Virus record (IMG/VR): IMGVR_UViG_3300029288_000159
Span: 7,498 to 71,497 of that record
Origin: a virus
Lineage: Duplodnaviria > Caudoviricetes
DNA length: 64,000 nt
Strand: one strand, 5' to 3'
Shown here: piece after piece, positions 37,542 to 46,849 of the stretch
Numbering within the stretch: position 1 is the first letter of the stretch
Layout of the letters: each line of letters begins with the position of its first letter
Translations under genes and position numbers: made by a program
Notes under the pieces: model-generated
Told to the model about the DNA's origin: nothing
Database searches by the model: none
What the model saw: the letters and a program-made list of their open reading frames with translations, nothing else

Positions 37542-37940
37542 ATGAAAGTAACAGCAGTACGACGCAACGCGATGGTCGATAACTTCTGCGCGCAGCACAA
37601 CAGCGGAACCGTCAACATCTACGCCGCGAACGTGGGCGTTCCTGCCGACGCAGATGCGGCGAACACCAACACGCTCCTCTGCACGCTGACGTTCGGATCC
37701 ACGGCATTTGGCGCTGCTTCGGGCGGTGTCGCTACGGCGAACAGTATCAGCCAGGACACCGACGCCGATGCGACTGGGACTGCCGCATTCGCTCGCACAG
37801 CCGCATCGGGCGGGACCGTTCTAGGACAATGGAGCGTAGGCACGAGCGGGGCAGAGATCAACCTCAATACTCTGTCGATCGTGCAACACGCGACCGTTTC
37901 GATCACATCGATGACGATCACGATGGGCGTAGGAACCTGA
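37542..37940 (+). CDS. Virion-type beta protein (132 aa)
   Basis: AAGGAG RBS; RNAM.D...GT.NIY...LLCTL.F...FG.AS.G pattern seen next to phage fibre genes. Confidence 0.7.
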   Translation: MKVTAVRRNAMVDNFCAQHNSGTVNIYAANVGVPADADAANTNTLLCTLTFGSTAFGAASGGVATANSISQDTDADATGTAAFARTAASGGTVLGQWSVGTSGAEINLNTLSIVQHATVSITSMTITMGVGT

Positions 37941-37995
37941 TAGACACGAAGACGGCGCCCGAGTAGTTGACGGGCGCCAAACCTGTTAGGTAACC

Positions 37996-40900
37996 ATGTC
38001 CATACGTCAGTCCGCTACTGGAAACTGTGCAACACTTGCCAGCGTCCCTGCCCGGGGCGCGACTGGCATGACTATTTGTTGCTGGTTTCGACGACGTGGA
38101 GCAGCTCAGGCGTGGGACTACGTACTCAATCTGTGTGACGGTAATCTGTACAACTTCCTCGGACTAGTCAATCCTGGAACTGGCACTGGTATAGACATAT
38201 TCCCAAATGGATATTGGGATGAGCCGATGCTGTCGGCCGCCACTACTGATGAGTGGTATTTCATGGGCTGGAAGGTGGCAGCAGACGGGAACACGGTAAC
38301 AGGATTCTGCAGCGTGTCGGGAGGGGGCACAATCACTGATGTCGTATGTGATACGTCTTCTGTTCAGATAGATACGTATGTCACAACGCTTTACATGCTC
38401 CACGGGTTCGACGGATACTGGCTAAATGGTGCAATAGAGAACCTTAAAATATGGAGCGCCGTCCTCACCAACGCTGAATTGGTCGAGGAGATGTGGTCGT
38501 ATGAGCCCGTGCGATCGTCTGGGCTGTGGGCTCGCATTCCGCTTAACGATATATCGTCTGCTGCATTTCTAGACACGTCGGGAAATGGGCATAATGCGAC
38601 GAAGATTGGTAGTCCGACCGCAGAAGCGAGTCCGCCGTATCAGATTGCGGTGACAGGCACGGCTGCGGGTATTCTCCCAACGCTCGTTGGGGCTGCGGTT
38701 GCTGTGCACATGATTCCGGTGACTGGCACTGCAGCTGGGGATTTGCCTGGACTAGTAGGTGAAGCAACCATGTGGGAAGCTGTCCCAGTGACAGGGACAG
38801 CAGCTGGGATCCTTGCGACTTTGGCGGGGAGCGCTGCAGGTTATCTCCCAATCACTGGCACAGCAGCTGGCATTCTATCTGGATTGACCGGTGCAGCCAC
38901 GGCTTCAACTGTGAAGCAGTATACATTTTATCACAATGGGTTCGTGGATCCTGGCACACATGACAGCGGGTATGCGTGGCGCTATTGGGTCAATGGTCAG
39001 AGAGGATATTTCAAGGACAATGGTGGCAACGGTGAGTTGTTTGCCATCGAAGATGATCAGGGAAGTACCAATCGCCTCCACATCATAAAGAGCACGGATG
39101 GCGGTGCAACGTGGACTTGGGTGAGTCCTACCGGCTCTCTCGCTTCCTACGATTTCACGGGTGTCCTATATCAGGGAGGAGCGCAGGACTCGAGCGGGAA
39201 GCTGCATCTAGCATTCGTATCGACAGCGACCGTCACGTACATGCGCGTGGTGCTCACTCGTACGGATGGAGCCATCACCGGGCTCGACTACGAGGCAACA
39301 TTCAATCTGCCAGGCACGTACGATGCGACCGGAGACATCTGGTCATGTGTCGAGATCGTCACCACAGCATCATCTGTGGAATGTGTACTGATCTGTTCCG
39401 ACGATCGCCCGGCCAGCCCGGGGACTGGTATCCGCACTCAGGCAGTCAAATCGTCGAGTATCACCCCTGCAACCGCAACCGATTTCACGAAGCTCGATGG
39501 CACAGCAGGGGCAACAGTGTTGCTCACGCATGCTACGGCAAACTCGCATGAGCATCACACTCTCTTCGCGCAATGCACCAACACACGTGATGTCTGGCTG
39601 TTTTTGGGAAGTCAGTTTGCAGAGGGTGGACCGGACGGCTCTGGTCTATATCTCAGCTATTTGCGACTAACTGCCAGTGGCGGGACGTGGACGGTTGGGA
39701 GTCTGACCGCTACTCCATATGGTAATAGCGTTACCCAAAAGACGACATTGCAGTGCGTGATTGGCACTGACGATTACGTTTGGGTAGTGATGATTACCCC
39801 GGCAGATGGCATTTGCCTCGACCGGGTGAACGCGTCCGGATACACGCACAAGGCTATTCCGTGCCCAGACACGGGGACGGAACAGATTGGTTGGTGCGTT
39901 GCCCAAGTGTCGGCCGACGGAACCAACGCATTCGCCGTTTGGGATCTGATGTCCCCGACGTCCACGAAGTACGGAGCATACTCGACTCTTGCCGGGACAT
40001 GGACTACGTGGACAGAATCTCGGAGCGCGTACATTGGCGATTCATGGGGGATGGCGAAAGGCCCGTGGGTCGACGGTATTATCGCTGGTCGTGTTGACGA
40101 GACGACTCATTACGTCTCGCTGGCGACCGTCTATCGCATTGAGCAAATCAGTGTGAGTGGGGCGGCGGGCGTCCTGCCCGGATTGACCGGGGCGGCGACG
40201 GGAACGGAGACCATTTCGGGGACTGCAGTTGGGTCATTGGTCGTACTTGCCGGCAGTGCTCAGGCAGTGGAAAGTATTCCTGGAACTGCAGCCGGCGTCC
40301 TCAATACAGACCATCCGATCTCGCTTATCGACCATTATGCGATTGGCGACGTCAACACGCAGAACCCCGGAGTAGTGCTGCATCTCTCCGGAGCTGTCCC
40401 GGAGACGCAAGTCACATTTGGAGGGACTCCTGCAGCGGCCATCGTCGTTGATTCGAGCGCGCAGGTCACTGTCACGACTCCGTCGCTCGCGTACGGGGAA
40501 TATGTCGTCCTTGCGTTCAGTGCGGCCCTGCGCGGCGCTGTAGTCGCCTCCGAGATCTTCACCGGGACAGCTGCGGGCGTGCTCCCATCGCCGCTCGTTG
40601 GCCTGGCGGGAATGTACGAGGACATCCCGGGCACGGCGTCGGGCGTGCTTCCGGGACTGGTCGGAGCCGCTGTCGGCACCGTCAACGTCGCTCCCCCCGT
40701 GACCGGCACAGCAGCCGGCGCTCTCCCGACGTTTACCGGAGCGAGCGCCGCCATGGAGTTTATGGTCGGAGCTGCGGCCGGGGTACTTCCGACGCTCGTT
40801 GGGGATGCATCTGCGAGTGAGGGGGTTACTGGTACCGCTACCGGTGCTCTTTCGACGCTTGCTGGCGCTGCGACGGCCAGCGAGGATATTCCCGGTATCT

Positions 40901-41952
40901 CTGCAGGTACGCTCTCCACTCTCACGGGATTCGCTCAGGGTTCCTCGGTCGAGGCCGGAGCCATCAATGGGACAGCTGCCGGAGATCTCCCAACACTAGC
41001 CGGTGCTTCGACCGCAAGTGAAGATATCTCAGCGACAGCCATCGGCGTCCTCCCAACTCTCACCGGAGTTTCCGCAGGGTACGCCAGCATTTTTGGTCAG
41101 GCAGCGGCAAATGTTCAGACGCTGGTCGGTGCGGCGGCAGGCATTGAGTCAATATCCGGCCCGGCTGCTGGCGTTCTCCAGACACTCGTCGGAGATGCCA
41201 TTGGGAGTCGAGTAGGCCCCGACGAGGTAACAGGCACTGCGGCTGCCAATCTCGTTACGCTCGTGGGCACTGGTGGGGCGTACGAGGACCTTCCAGGGAC
41301 AGCCGCTGGAACACTCCCTGGTCTGACTGGATCTGCGAGCGGCGAGGTAAGCATCCACGATGTTCTTGCGACGGCCGACGGCATCCTCCCAAATCTGTCT
41401 GGCGATGCCTTGGGGTGGCATGAGATTCTGGGGACGGCCGACGGCGTACTCCCTACTCTCACGGGAGCATCGATCGCCTACTCGATCAGCTTTGCTCCAT
41501 TCCCCAACGACGCTGTATTCACGGTGGCGGAGCCAATCACTGATGACTTTTCAACCGAAGACTCCATCGACGATCAGACTGCCATCCTCACTGTTCTCAC
41601 GCCAGCCGGGAGTTCGACCATGCTCATTTCACGAAAAACCAAAGACACTCGCCCTCTGGTCGTTTCGATCCTGAGCAATGGAGTCGCACTCCCTCTGACC
41701 GGAATCACGAGTGTCGTCGTGAACATCCGTCGAGCTGGCTCGGCGACATACATTCAGCGGCGCGCCGCATGCACAATCACGGAACCGGCTACTGGAACCA
41801 TCTCCTATGCCTGGCAGCCGGACGATCTCGCTGTGCCTGACCTCTACATCTTCGAGTTCGTGCTGCTATTCTCGGATGGGACTGAGACCGTATTGCCGGT
41901 GGCGGACCTGACAATGACGGTCGAACCCCGCGTGGTGGACGATGCCGCATAG
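37996..41952 (+). CDS. Giant adhesin/fibre-like protein (1318 aa): LamG-like N-terminus, propeller-like middle, IPT-like segment, many GTAAGxLPxLxG repeats, BppU-like C-terminus
   Basis: LDTSGNGHNA (LamG-type); IIKSTDGGATWT (BNR); more than 20 repeat units; C-terminal TGTISYAWQPDDL..PDLYIFEF. Confidence 0.72.
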   Translation: MSIRQSATGNCATLASVPARGATGMTICCWFRRRGAAQAWDYVLNLCDGNLYNFLGLVNPGTGTGIDIFPNGYWDEPMLSAATTDEWYFMGWKVAADGNTVTGFCSVSGGGTITDVVCDTSSVQIDTYVTTLYMLHGFDGYWLNGAIENLKIWSAVLTNAELVEEMWSYEPVRSSGLWARIPLNDISSAAFLDTSGNGHNATKIGSPTAEASPPYQIAVTGTAAGILPTLVGAAVAVHMIPVTGTAAGDLPGLVGEATMWEAVPVTGTAAGILATLAGSAAGYLPITGTAAGILSGLTGAATASTVKQYTFYHNGFVDPGTHDSGYAWRYWVNGQRGYFKDNGGNGELFAIEDDQGSTNRLHIIKSTDGGATWTWVSPTGSLASYDFTGVLYQGGAQDSSGKLHLAFVSTATVTYMRVVLTRTDGAITGLDYEATFNLPGTYDATGDIWSCVEIVTTASSVECVLICSDDRPASPGTGIRTQAVKSSSITPATATDFTKLDGTAGATVLLTHATANSHEHHTLFAQCTNTRDVWLFLGSQFAEGGPDGSGLYLSYLRLTASGGTWTVGSLTATPYGNSVTQKTTLQCVIGTDDYVWVVMITPADGICLDRVNASGYTHKAIPCPDTGTEQIGWCVAQVSADGTNAFAVWDLMSPTSTKYGAYSTLAGTWTTWTESRSAYIGDSWGMAKGPWVDGIIAGRVDETTHYVSLATVYRIEQISVSGAAGVLPGLTGAATGTETISGTAVGSLVVLAGSAQAVESIPGTAAGVLNTDHPISLIDHYAIGDVNTQNPGVVLHLSGAVPETQVTFGGTPAAAIVVDSSAQVTVTTPSLAYGEYVVLAFSAALRGAVVASEIFTGTAAGVLPSPLVGLAGMYEDIPGTASGVLPGLVGAAVGTVNVAPPVTGTAAGALPTFTGASAAMEFMVGAAAGVLPTLVGDASASEGVTGTATGALSTLAGAATASEDIPGISAGTLSTLTGFAQGSSVEAGAINGTAAGDLPTLAGASTASEDISATAIGVLPTLTGVSAGYASIFGQAAANVQTLVGAAAGIESISGPAAGVLQTLVGDAIGSRVGPDEVTGTAAANLVTLVGTGGAYEDLPGTAAGTLPGLTGSASGEVSIHDVLATADGILPNLSGDALGWHEILGTADGVLPTLTGASIAYSISFAPFPNDAVFTVAEPITDDFSTEDSIDDQTAILTVLTPAGSSTMLISRKTKDTRPLVVSILSNGVALPLTGITSVVVNIRRAGSATYIQRRAACTITEPATGTISYAWQPDDLAVPDLYIFEFVLLFSDGTETVLPVADLTMTVEPRVVDDAA

Positions 41953-42018
41953 CTGATAGAGCAATGGCCTGTGGGGGCCGGAATCCTCCCCGGGCGCCTT
42001 CCCCCTACAGAGCCTTGT

Positions 42019-42054
42019 GCCCCCCGATCCAGCGATGGGTCGGGGGGCTTTTCT
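42019..42054 (+). terminator. Rho-independent terminator ending the late region
   Basis: GCCCCCCGATCC-AGCGAT-GGGTCGGGGGGC-TTTTCT. Confidence 0.85.
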
Positions 42055-42066
42055 CATTTGTGGCCA

Positions 42067-42561
42067 TCAAAGCGAATCGAAGCACAACTCGCACAGATGA
42101 TGAGGTCTCTCTTGCGTGATGTATCTCACACCGCACGTTCCGCAGAGGAACTGTCGAGTCTCCTTCTGGACCCGGGGGTCCGATTGCGGGATGTCCTCAC
42201 CGCAACCGCAAAGAGCGTCGTGCAGCCTGATCGGCTGTCGATTCGGACCGTAGTCTTGCCAAATCACATTCTGGCAGAGGGGTTCAGGTTCGATGAGTTT
42301 TGCCCAATGTGGGTCCTCATCTCCGAACCCGACGACGCACTGTCGCCTACCATCTGCCAGTTGGCGGACGCATACGTAATGTGCTTGCCGCCAGTCGTGC
42401 TTGTCGAGCGTCTCCCACGTAGTGTCTGGGATATCTCCCAGACGCATGCCAGTCTCCGCTCGTACGCGATCTCTAAAACTCTTGCGCGTTTCCATCAGTC
42501 TTCCTCCTGCCAGGGTGCCATCAATCTGTCGTAGTTCGCGACCCGCATGTGAATGCGCCAC
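42067..42561 (-). CDS. Hypothetical protein with C-terminal Cys clusters
   Basis: CGCG, CGTC and CELC motifs; start uncertain. Confidence 0.5.
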   Translation of the reverse strand: MAHSHAGRELRQIDGTLAGGRLMETRKSFRDRVRAETGMRLGDIPDTTWETLDKHDWRQAHYVCVRQLADGRRQCVVGFGDEDPHWAKLIEPEPLCQNVIWQDYGPNRQPIRLHDALCGCGEDIPQSDPRVQKETRQFLCGTCGVRYITQERPHHLCELCFDSL

Positions 42562-42702
42562 GGGTCACCGTCGCTGTCCTCGCCCCAGAACTCATGCTCG
42601 ACGCCATGTTCCAAGCGGGTCAAGCGGCGCAACGTTGCCGCATGCGCACAGGAGAGCGAGAGTCAAAGCGAAGCGTTTCATGATGTACCTCACAATCTTG
42701 GG

Positions 42703-43047
42703 TCATTGCAGGCAGGTTTGCAAACGTTTCACGCAGGTGGCATGCCCGATCTCGGCCTCCTCCCACGTCGCATAGCGCGCTACGACCTCCACCTCTCCCG
42801 CTCTGTACAGCAAAGCCGTCTCAAACAGGAGGGGCTTGCCCTCCTCACCGATGTCCACGCCTAGGAACATGGTAGAGACCTTGACGTCGGTGCAGACGGT
42901 TAGCGCCACTCGACGCTCGCCTAGCCATTGCGCGTACTGCTCCGGAGGGACTCTGACTGGCGTGCGCCCCTTCAAAATATAGAACATGTCGCTCGTGATC
43001 ATGATGTCCTCCACCCGGGCTGCCACCCCAGCCCAGGAGCAATACAT
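42703..43047 (-). CDS. Conserved phage hypothetical protein
   Basis: VSTMFLGVD...PLLFET...RYATWEEA.GH motif. Confidence 0.65.
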   Translation of the reverse strand: MYCSWAGVAARVEDIMITSDMFYILKGRTPVRVPPEQYAQWLGERRVALTVCTDVKVSTMFLGVDIGEEGKPLLFETALLYRAGEVEVVARYATWEEAEIGHATCVKRLQTCLQ

Positions 43048-43229
43048 CAGTGCTCGTTGTCTTCGTCGTAATCTAACCGTTCGAGCGAGAACAGGATCTC
43101 ACGATCAGCGATAGGCGTAGCGCGTGATATCAAGTGTTTAGGCGCCTCGGGCACGTCTACTGCGTATTGTGTTACGCTTTTGGTGCGTAGTAGCATGCTC
43201 GCTTCCTGTCGGACATTACGCAGTTGCAA

Positions 43230-43511
43230 TTATCGATGAGGAGCGCAGATTTCGGCTACGGCGTCTGCCACCATGGCGAGACGAAGCCCGCCCGAAAGCC
43301 ATTGCTGGGCGAGCTTGTACGCGCGCGAGCACACGTACATTTGCCTAGCATCACCATGCTCAGAGCCTGACATCGCGCGAGCATTCGCGATGTCGAGTGC
43401 GAATCGGTATTCTGCAATCTCGCTGCAGATATACTCTGCAGCCTTTCTTGCAATCTCTTCCGCCCGGTCGGGCGGCCCGTCGGCGGTATCCACTGTGCGT
43501 AGTGCGTTCAT
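43230..43511 (-). CDS. Hypothetical protein
   Basis: Packed in the leftward operon. Confidence 0.5.
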   Translation of the reverse strand: MNALRTVDTADGPPDRAEEIARKAAEYICSEIAEYRFALDIANARAMSGSEHGDARQMYVCSRAYKLAQQWLSGGLRLAMVADAVAEICAPHR

Positions 43512-43735
43512 TGGCGATCCAGTGGTGACCCAGATGCTGCCACGGCTAGGCTCGCCTCATTGAACGTCATCGGAGCGTGTCCCCGCAGGGACACGGATGC
43601 GCCCTGGTCCCACATCGTCTGGACGCCAGCGGGGTCCGAAGGATGGCTGGAGCCGTCCTCGAATGTGACATCGAACTTCAAATCGGATGGGCGCCCGTAG
43701 GCGCCGCTCAAAACACGCCTCAATTCTCGTCTCAT
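43508..43735 (-). CDS. Hypothetical protein
   Basis: AGGAGG RBS. Confidence 0.55.
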   Translation of the reverse strand: MRRELRRVLSGAYGRPSDLKFDVTFEDGSSHPSDPAGVQTMWDQGASVSLRGHAPMTFNEASLAVAASGSPLDRQ

Positions 43736-43751
43736 CGTGTCCTCCTAACGA

Positions 43752-44045
43752 TTACCAAAATGCCATCTCACCGCGAAGAAACTCGTCGTCTGGATCGAAC
43801 AGGCCGAATTCCCTGCTGAGATGAAACCCCCCGACGCAGATGACCTTTCCGGTCTCCACCTCGACCATGACGTGCATGGCCGGCGCTCTCTCCACTCGTC
43901 CGAGGCTGCGCACCCTCCCGGTTACTTTCCAATATTGCCTCGCCTTTTTCGTGCAGAGGATGAACTCCTCTGCGTTGAGGTCGCTTGCGTAGCCAGTAAT
44001 CATTTCGACGGATTTGCCGTCGGCCAAAACGATTGTGGTAGCCAT
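43752..44045 (-). CDS. Hypothetical protein
   Basis: AGGAG RBS. Confidence 0.55.
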   Translation of the reverse strand: MATTIVLADGKSVEMITGYASDLNAEEFILCTKKARQYWKVTGRVRSLGRVERAPAMHVMVEVETGKVICVGGFHLSREFGLFDPDDEFLRGEMAFW

Positions 44046-44118
44046 GTCATCTCCTACGAGCCTAACGCTCGGGGCTGTGCCTCATCGAGTGAGATACGCA
44101 TTGAGCGTAATCTCATTC

Positions 44119-44403
44119 TCAGATCTCTCGAATGCGAATCTCGTCCCCATCACGCATCTGAGGTCGGATCACATCGTCCACTACTGCCTGCGCGATGACC
44201 CGAGATGAAAGAGTCGACAGCTCCTCGTCCGTCATGCCAGTCCCCTGGTTGAGAGTTCCGGCGATGGCTGGCATCCAGCCACCCGTGGGAGCAGTGCCGG
44301 CCCATCCTGTTTTGCTTCGGATCTCAATGCGATACAGCACACATGCCTCCTCTGTGATTTCGTCCTGGCCATCATCCTGGATTTCGATTGCAATCTCATT
44401 CAT
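44119..44403 (-). CDS. Hypothetical protein (start reassigned to 44403)
   Basis: AAGGAG RBS downstream of a UUCG hairpin. Confidence 0.55.
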   Translation of the reverse strand: MNEIAIEIQDDGQDEITEEACVLYRIEIRSKTGWAGTAPTGGWMPAIAGTLNQGTGMTDEELSTLSSRVIAQAVVDDVIRPQMRDGDEIRIREI

Positions 44404-44431
44404 CGTGATCTCCTTTTGAGTCTGGGGCTCG

Positions 44432-44994
44432 GCGGGGCGCCTCCGAAGAGACACCCCGCTCAGACTCAGAATAGCTTGAGCCAACCAACCCATATGTCCC
44501 CGAAATCCTTCTCTAACAAGTTTTTTAGATTGGTCGTATATCGATCTAGATCCTCCATGGTGGCAGCCTCGCCCAGGGTGGGAGGCTCCCGTAGGAGCCC
44601 CCCGCCCAGCCTCAGGCAATCAGCTCAACCTCCCGGACTCGATACGCGCTGGTCCGGCTAGGTCTCTCAACGTATCCTACGTTGACCTTGGCCGCGGCGA
44701 GCAATTCGTCGTGGCGCTTGGTTTGGAGTCCCCATCTGGAGAGTCCCTCAGACGTGCACAAGCGCTCAAACTCTTCACTGACCTTCTTCCATTCGGCCTC
44801 GTTACTCACGTATGCAGCATGGCGCTCTGCCCCAACTCGTTCGGCTACGGCCGCATCGGCGTAGATGCCTGTTACCGTTCCATCGTACGAACCGGGTTCG
44901 TCTACTGGGAAAAACTCTGTCAATGCGTAGACCTTCATGATGTCCTCCTCGAGCTCTGGCGCTCGGTGGGGCGCCCCCGTGGAGGCGCCCCGCC
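44432..44994 (-). repeat. Three related GC-rich YNCG-tetraloop hairpins (44432-44459, 44576-44607, 44965-44994)
   Basis: 12-14-bp stems with loops UUCG, UACG and CACG; G-U pairs close only on the minus strand. Confidence 0.75.
44612..44938 (-). CDS. Hypothetical protein
   Basis: GAGGAGG RBS downstream of a hairpin. Confidence 0.6.
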   Translation of the reverse strand: MKVYALTEFFPVDEPGSYDGTVTGIYADAAVAERVGAERHAAYVSNEAEWKKVSEEFERLCTSEGLSRWGLQTKRHDELLAAAKVNVGYVERPSRTSAYRVREVELIA

Positions 44995-45004
44995 CAGAGC
45001 CAGA

Positions 45005-45241
45005 TCATAGATGGACGGTGACTTTCCACTGATTTGGGTTCTGGCCCCAAAATTCCACGCGAGCTTTTTTCGCCTCATATCCGGAGCATTCTTCGCTCAG
45101 GATCTCGCGGATTCTGCGGAGGAGGGACTTCTTTTCCGAGACGTCTTCGTCGCATGCATCCTTACTGAGGCGTACATGCGCGACATGTCCGGACTGGGTG
45201 CTGCGGTCGATGGCCTGATTTACGATTTGGTTGGCGTTCAT
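45005..45241 (-). CDS. Hypothetical protein
   Basis: AGGAG RBS, preceded by a sigma54-like motif. Confidence 0.6.
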   Translation of the reverse strand: MNANQIVNQAIDRSTQSGHVAHVRLSKDACDEDVSEKKSLLRRIREILSEECSGYEAKKARVEFWGQNPNQWKVTVHL

Positions 45242-45250
45242 GGCATCTCC

Positions 45251-45270
45251 TGTTGCATTGATGGTGCCAA
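45251..45270 (-). promoter_or_regulatory. Sigma54-like -24/-12 motif TTGGCACCATCAATGCAACA
   Basis: GG-N10-GC with TGGCAC; two further copies nearby. Confidence 0.5.
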
Positions 45271-45428
45271 GCGCTTCCGCTCACTATTACGCAGGCTTTT
45301 GCCATCGATGAGCCCCAAGTGCGAAGCTCGCTACCCGGAAGTGCGAAGCCTTCTACTCGCTTTCGTGTAATCCCATTCGCACCTTCAGCGCCCGCGCCTA
45401 GTTATCGCTAGATCTGCTGTGAGATATG

Positions 45429-45448
45429 TTGGCACGCCGATCGCAACA
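45429..45448 (+). promoter_or_regulatory. Sigma54-like motif TTGGCACGCCGATCGCAACA
   Basis: GG-N10-GC, upstream of ATG 45471. Confidence 0.5.
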
Positions 45449-45470
45449 ACGAAATGCGAGGAGAACGACG

Positions 45471-45938
45471 ATGACAATCACAGCCAAGTATTCGGGGAAA
45501 TGTTCAGTTTGCGGCGGCCACATCTGCGCGGGGGAGACCATCGAATGGAAGAAAGGGCAGCCGGCCCGCCACCCGGGCTGCAAGGGGACTCGCAAGCCCG
45601 CCAAAGCGGCCCCGCTCGTGGCGGCCGCCAAAGTCAAAGAGGAGCTGGCGGCCCTCAAAGCCGAACTCGCCACTCTCGTCGCTTCGGACGAGAACCGTGT
45701 CGATGGCGAGCCGCCCTGCCCCGAGGGCGCCCGCTACGTGCTTCGAGAGGGTGCACACGGCTCTGGCCAGGAGATCTACGTGCTCAGCTCGGATGGCCGT
45801 GTCTCGCTCTGGTATAGCGGCTGCTACGACGACTATCGCAGCTGTCTGTGGACGACGACGTCCGCTCGCGCAGTGCAGATTTTCACCGAATTGACAGGAG
45901 GCTCGAGTGGCATCGTTGTCGAGTATTATCGACAATGA
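45471..45938 (+). CDS. Hypothetical protein with N-terminal CxxC/zinc-ribbon segment
   Basis: GAGGAG RBS; AKYSGKCSVCGGHI.AGE.IEW motif. Confidence 0.65.
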   Translation: MTITAKYSGKCSVCGGHICAGETIEWKKGQPARHPGCKGTRKPAKAAPLVAAAKVKEELAALKAELATLVASDENRVDGEPPCPEGARYVLREGAHGSGQEIYVLSSDGRVSLWYSGCYDDYRSCLWTTTSARAVQIFTELTGGSSGIVVEYYRQ

Positions 45939-46046
45939 GTAGTGATTTACGCAATAGTGCGTAATGGCCTTCCCGAAAGCGAGTAGACCATTACGCACGT
46001 GCCACATCCAATAGCCAAAACGCTCGAGGATATCGTAGGCCACCTA

Positions 46047-46066
46047 TTGGCACGCTATCTGCAATA
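46047..46066 (+). promoter_or_regulatory. Sigma54-like motif TTGGCACGCTATCTGCAATA
   Basis: GG-N10-GC, upstream of ATG 46079. Confidence 0.5.
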
Positions 46067-46078
46067 GAGGGAAGCATC

Positions 46079-46369
46079 ATGACCATCGACCAGATGAACG
46101 CGAACTTCGCAGTCGACTTCGAGGTTGAGTTTTCGCATAAGGCCACCTGTTACGGCCTCAATCTGGTATCGCTGGCCAGCCTCCGAGAGGCCCTTCCGGA
46201 GTACACACGCTCGGAATTCGACGCCGGGTTGGACAGCCTTCGTGATGCAGACCTATACATGTTGCAGGCCTTCGAGGGCCGCCACGGGCAGCTGAGCGCC
46301 GAGGACCGGGACGGTGGCATCCGTGAGGTGGGCAGGCTGTTCGTGTACGTCTGCCGACGAGAAATCTGA
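46079..46369 (+). CDS. Winged-helix-like hypothetical protein
   Basis: VSLASLREALP...RSEFDAGL..L pattern. Confidence 0.5.
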   Translation: MTIDQMNANFAVDFEVEFSHKATCYGLNLVSLASLREALPEYTRSEFDAGLDSLRDADLYMLQAFEGRHGQLSAEDRDGGIREVGRLFVYVCRREI

Positions 46370-46849
46370 TTACCATCGTGGAGCGGGCACTTGTGATCCA
46401 GGCCCAATTTGCCCGCGTCGTCGCGCTACGTGACGAGCTGGCAGGCTGCGAGACCGTGGCCGCCCGGAAGTGCGTCGAGGAGTCCCTGCGAGCCGCCTAC
46501 GCGGCCTGGGCTCGCACGGCCACCGCGAATTTGGCTTCGCCCGTGGACTGACGATTTTGCTGGACACGCAGACGGAGGCGTGCGAAGGTACTCCTCGTTC
46601 GTCATCGTTCCCCCGATGACCTCCTCAGCCCAGACCCCGCAAGGAGTCTGGGCTGACTGCTTTTGTAACACCTCTGCTCGAGCATAGTTTAAGTTTGCTT
46701 GGGCATGTCCGATAGATTGATGACCCCGGCGACTTGCGCACCCAGGCGCTGAGCCCACAGGCCAGTCTGTCATCGTGAGTCGATTGAATCGGATCTTCAG
46801 GGTCTGAAGGGTCTGAGGCGGAGTATCGAACTCTAAAGTGGCCCCGGCG

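Noticed and set aside
3050-41462. Many long reverse-strand ORFs opposite structural genes
   Set aside because: Shadow ORFs expected at high GC; no motifs or RBS, except the lipoprotein at 26045-26467.
43316-43331. Partial match (15/16 nt) between the reverse complement of spacer 6 and a leftward early gene
   Set aside because: A match of this length is plausible by chance in a 64-kb GC-rich sequence across all spacers and both strands; flanks do not match.
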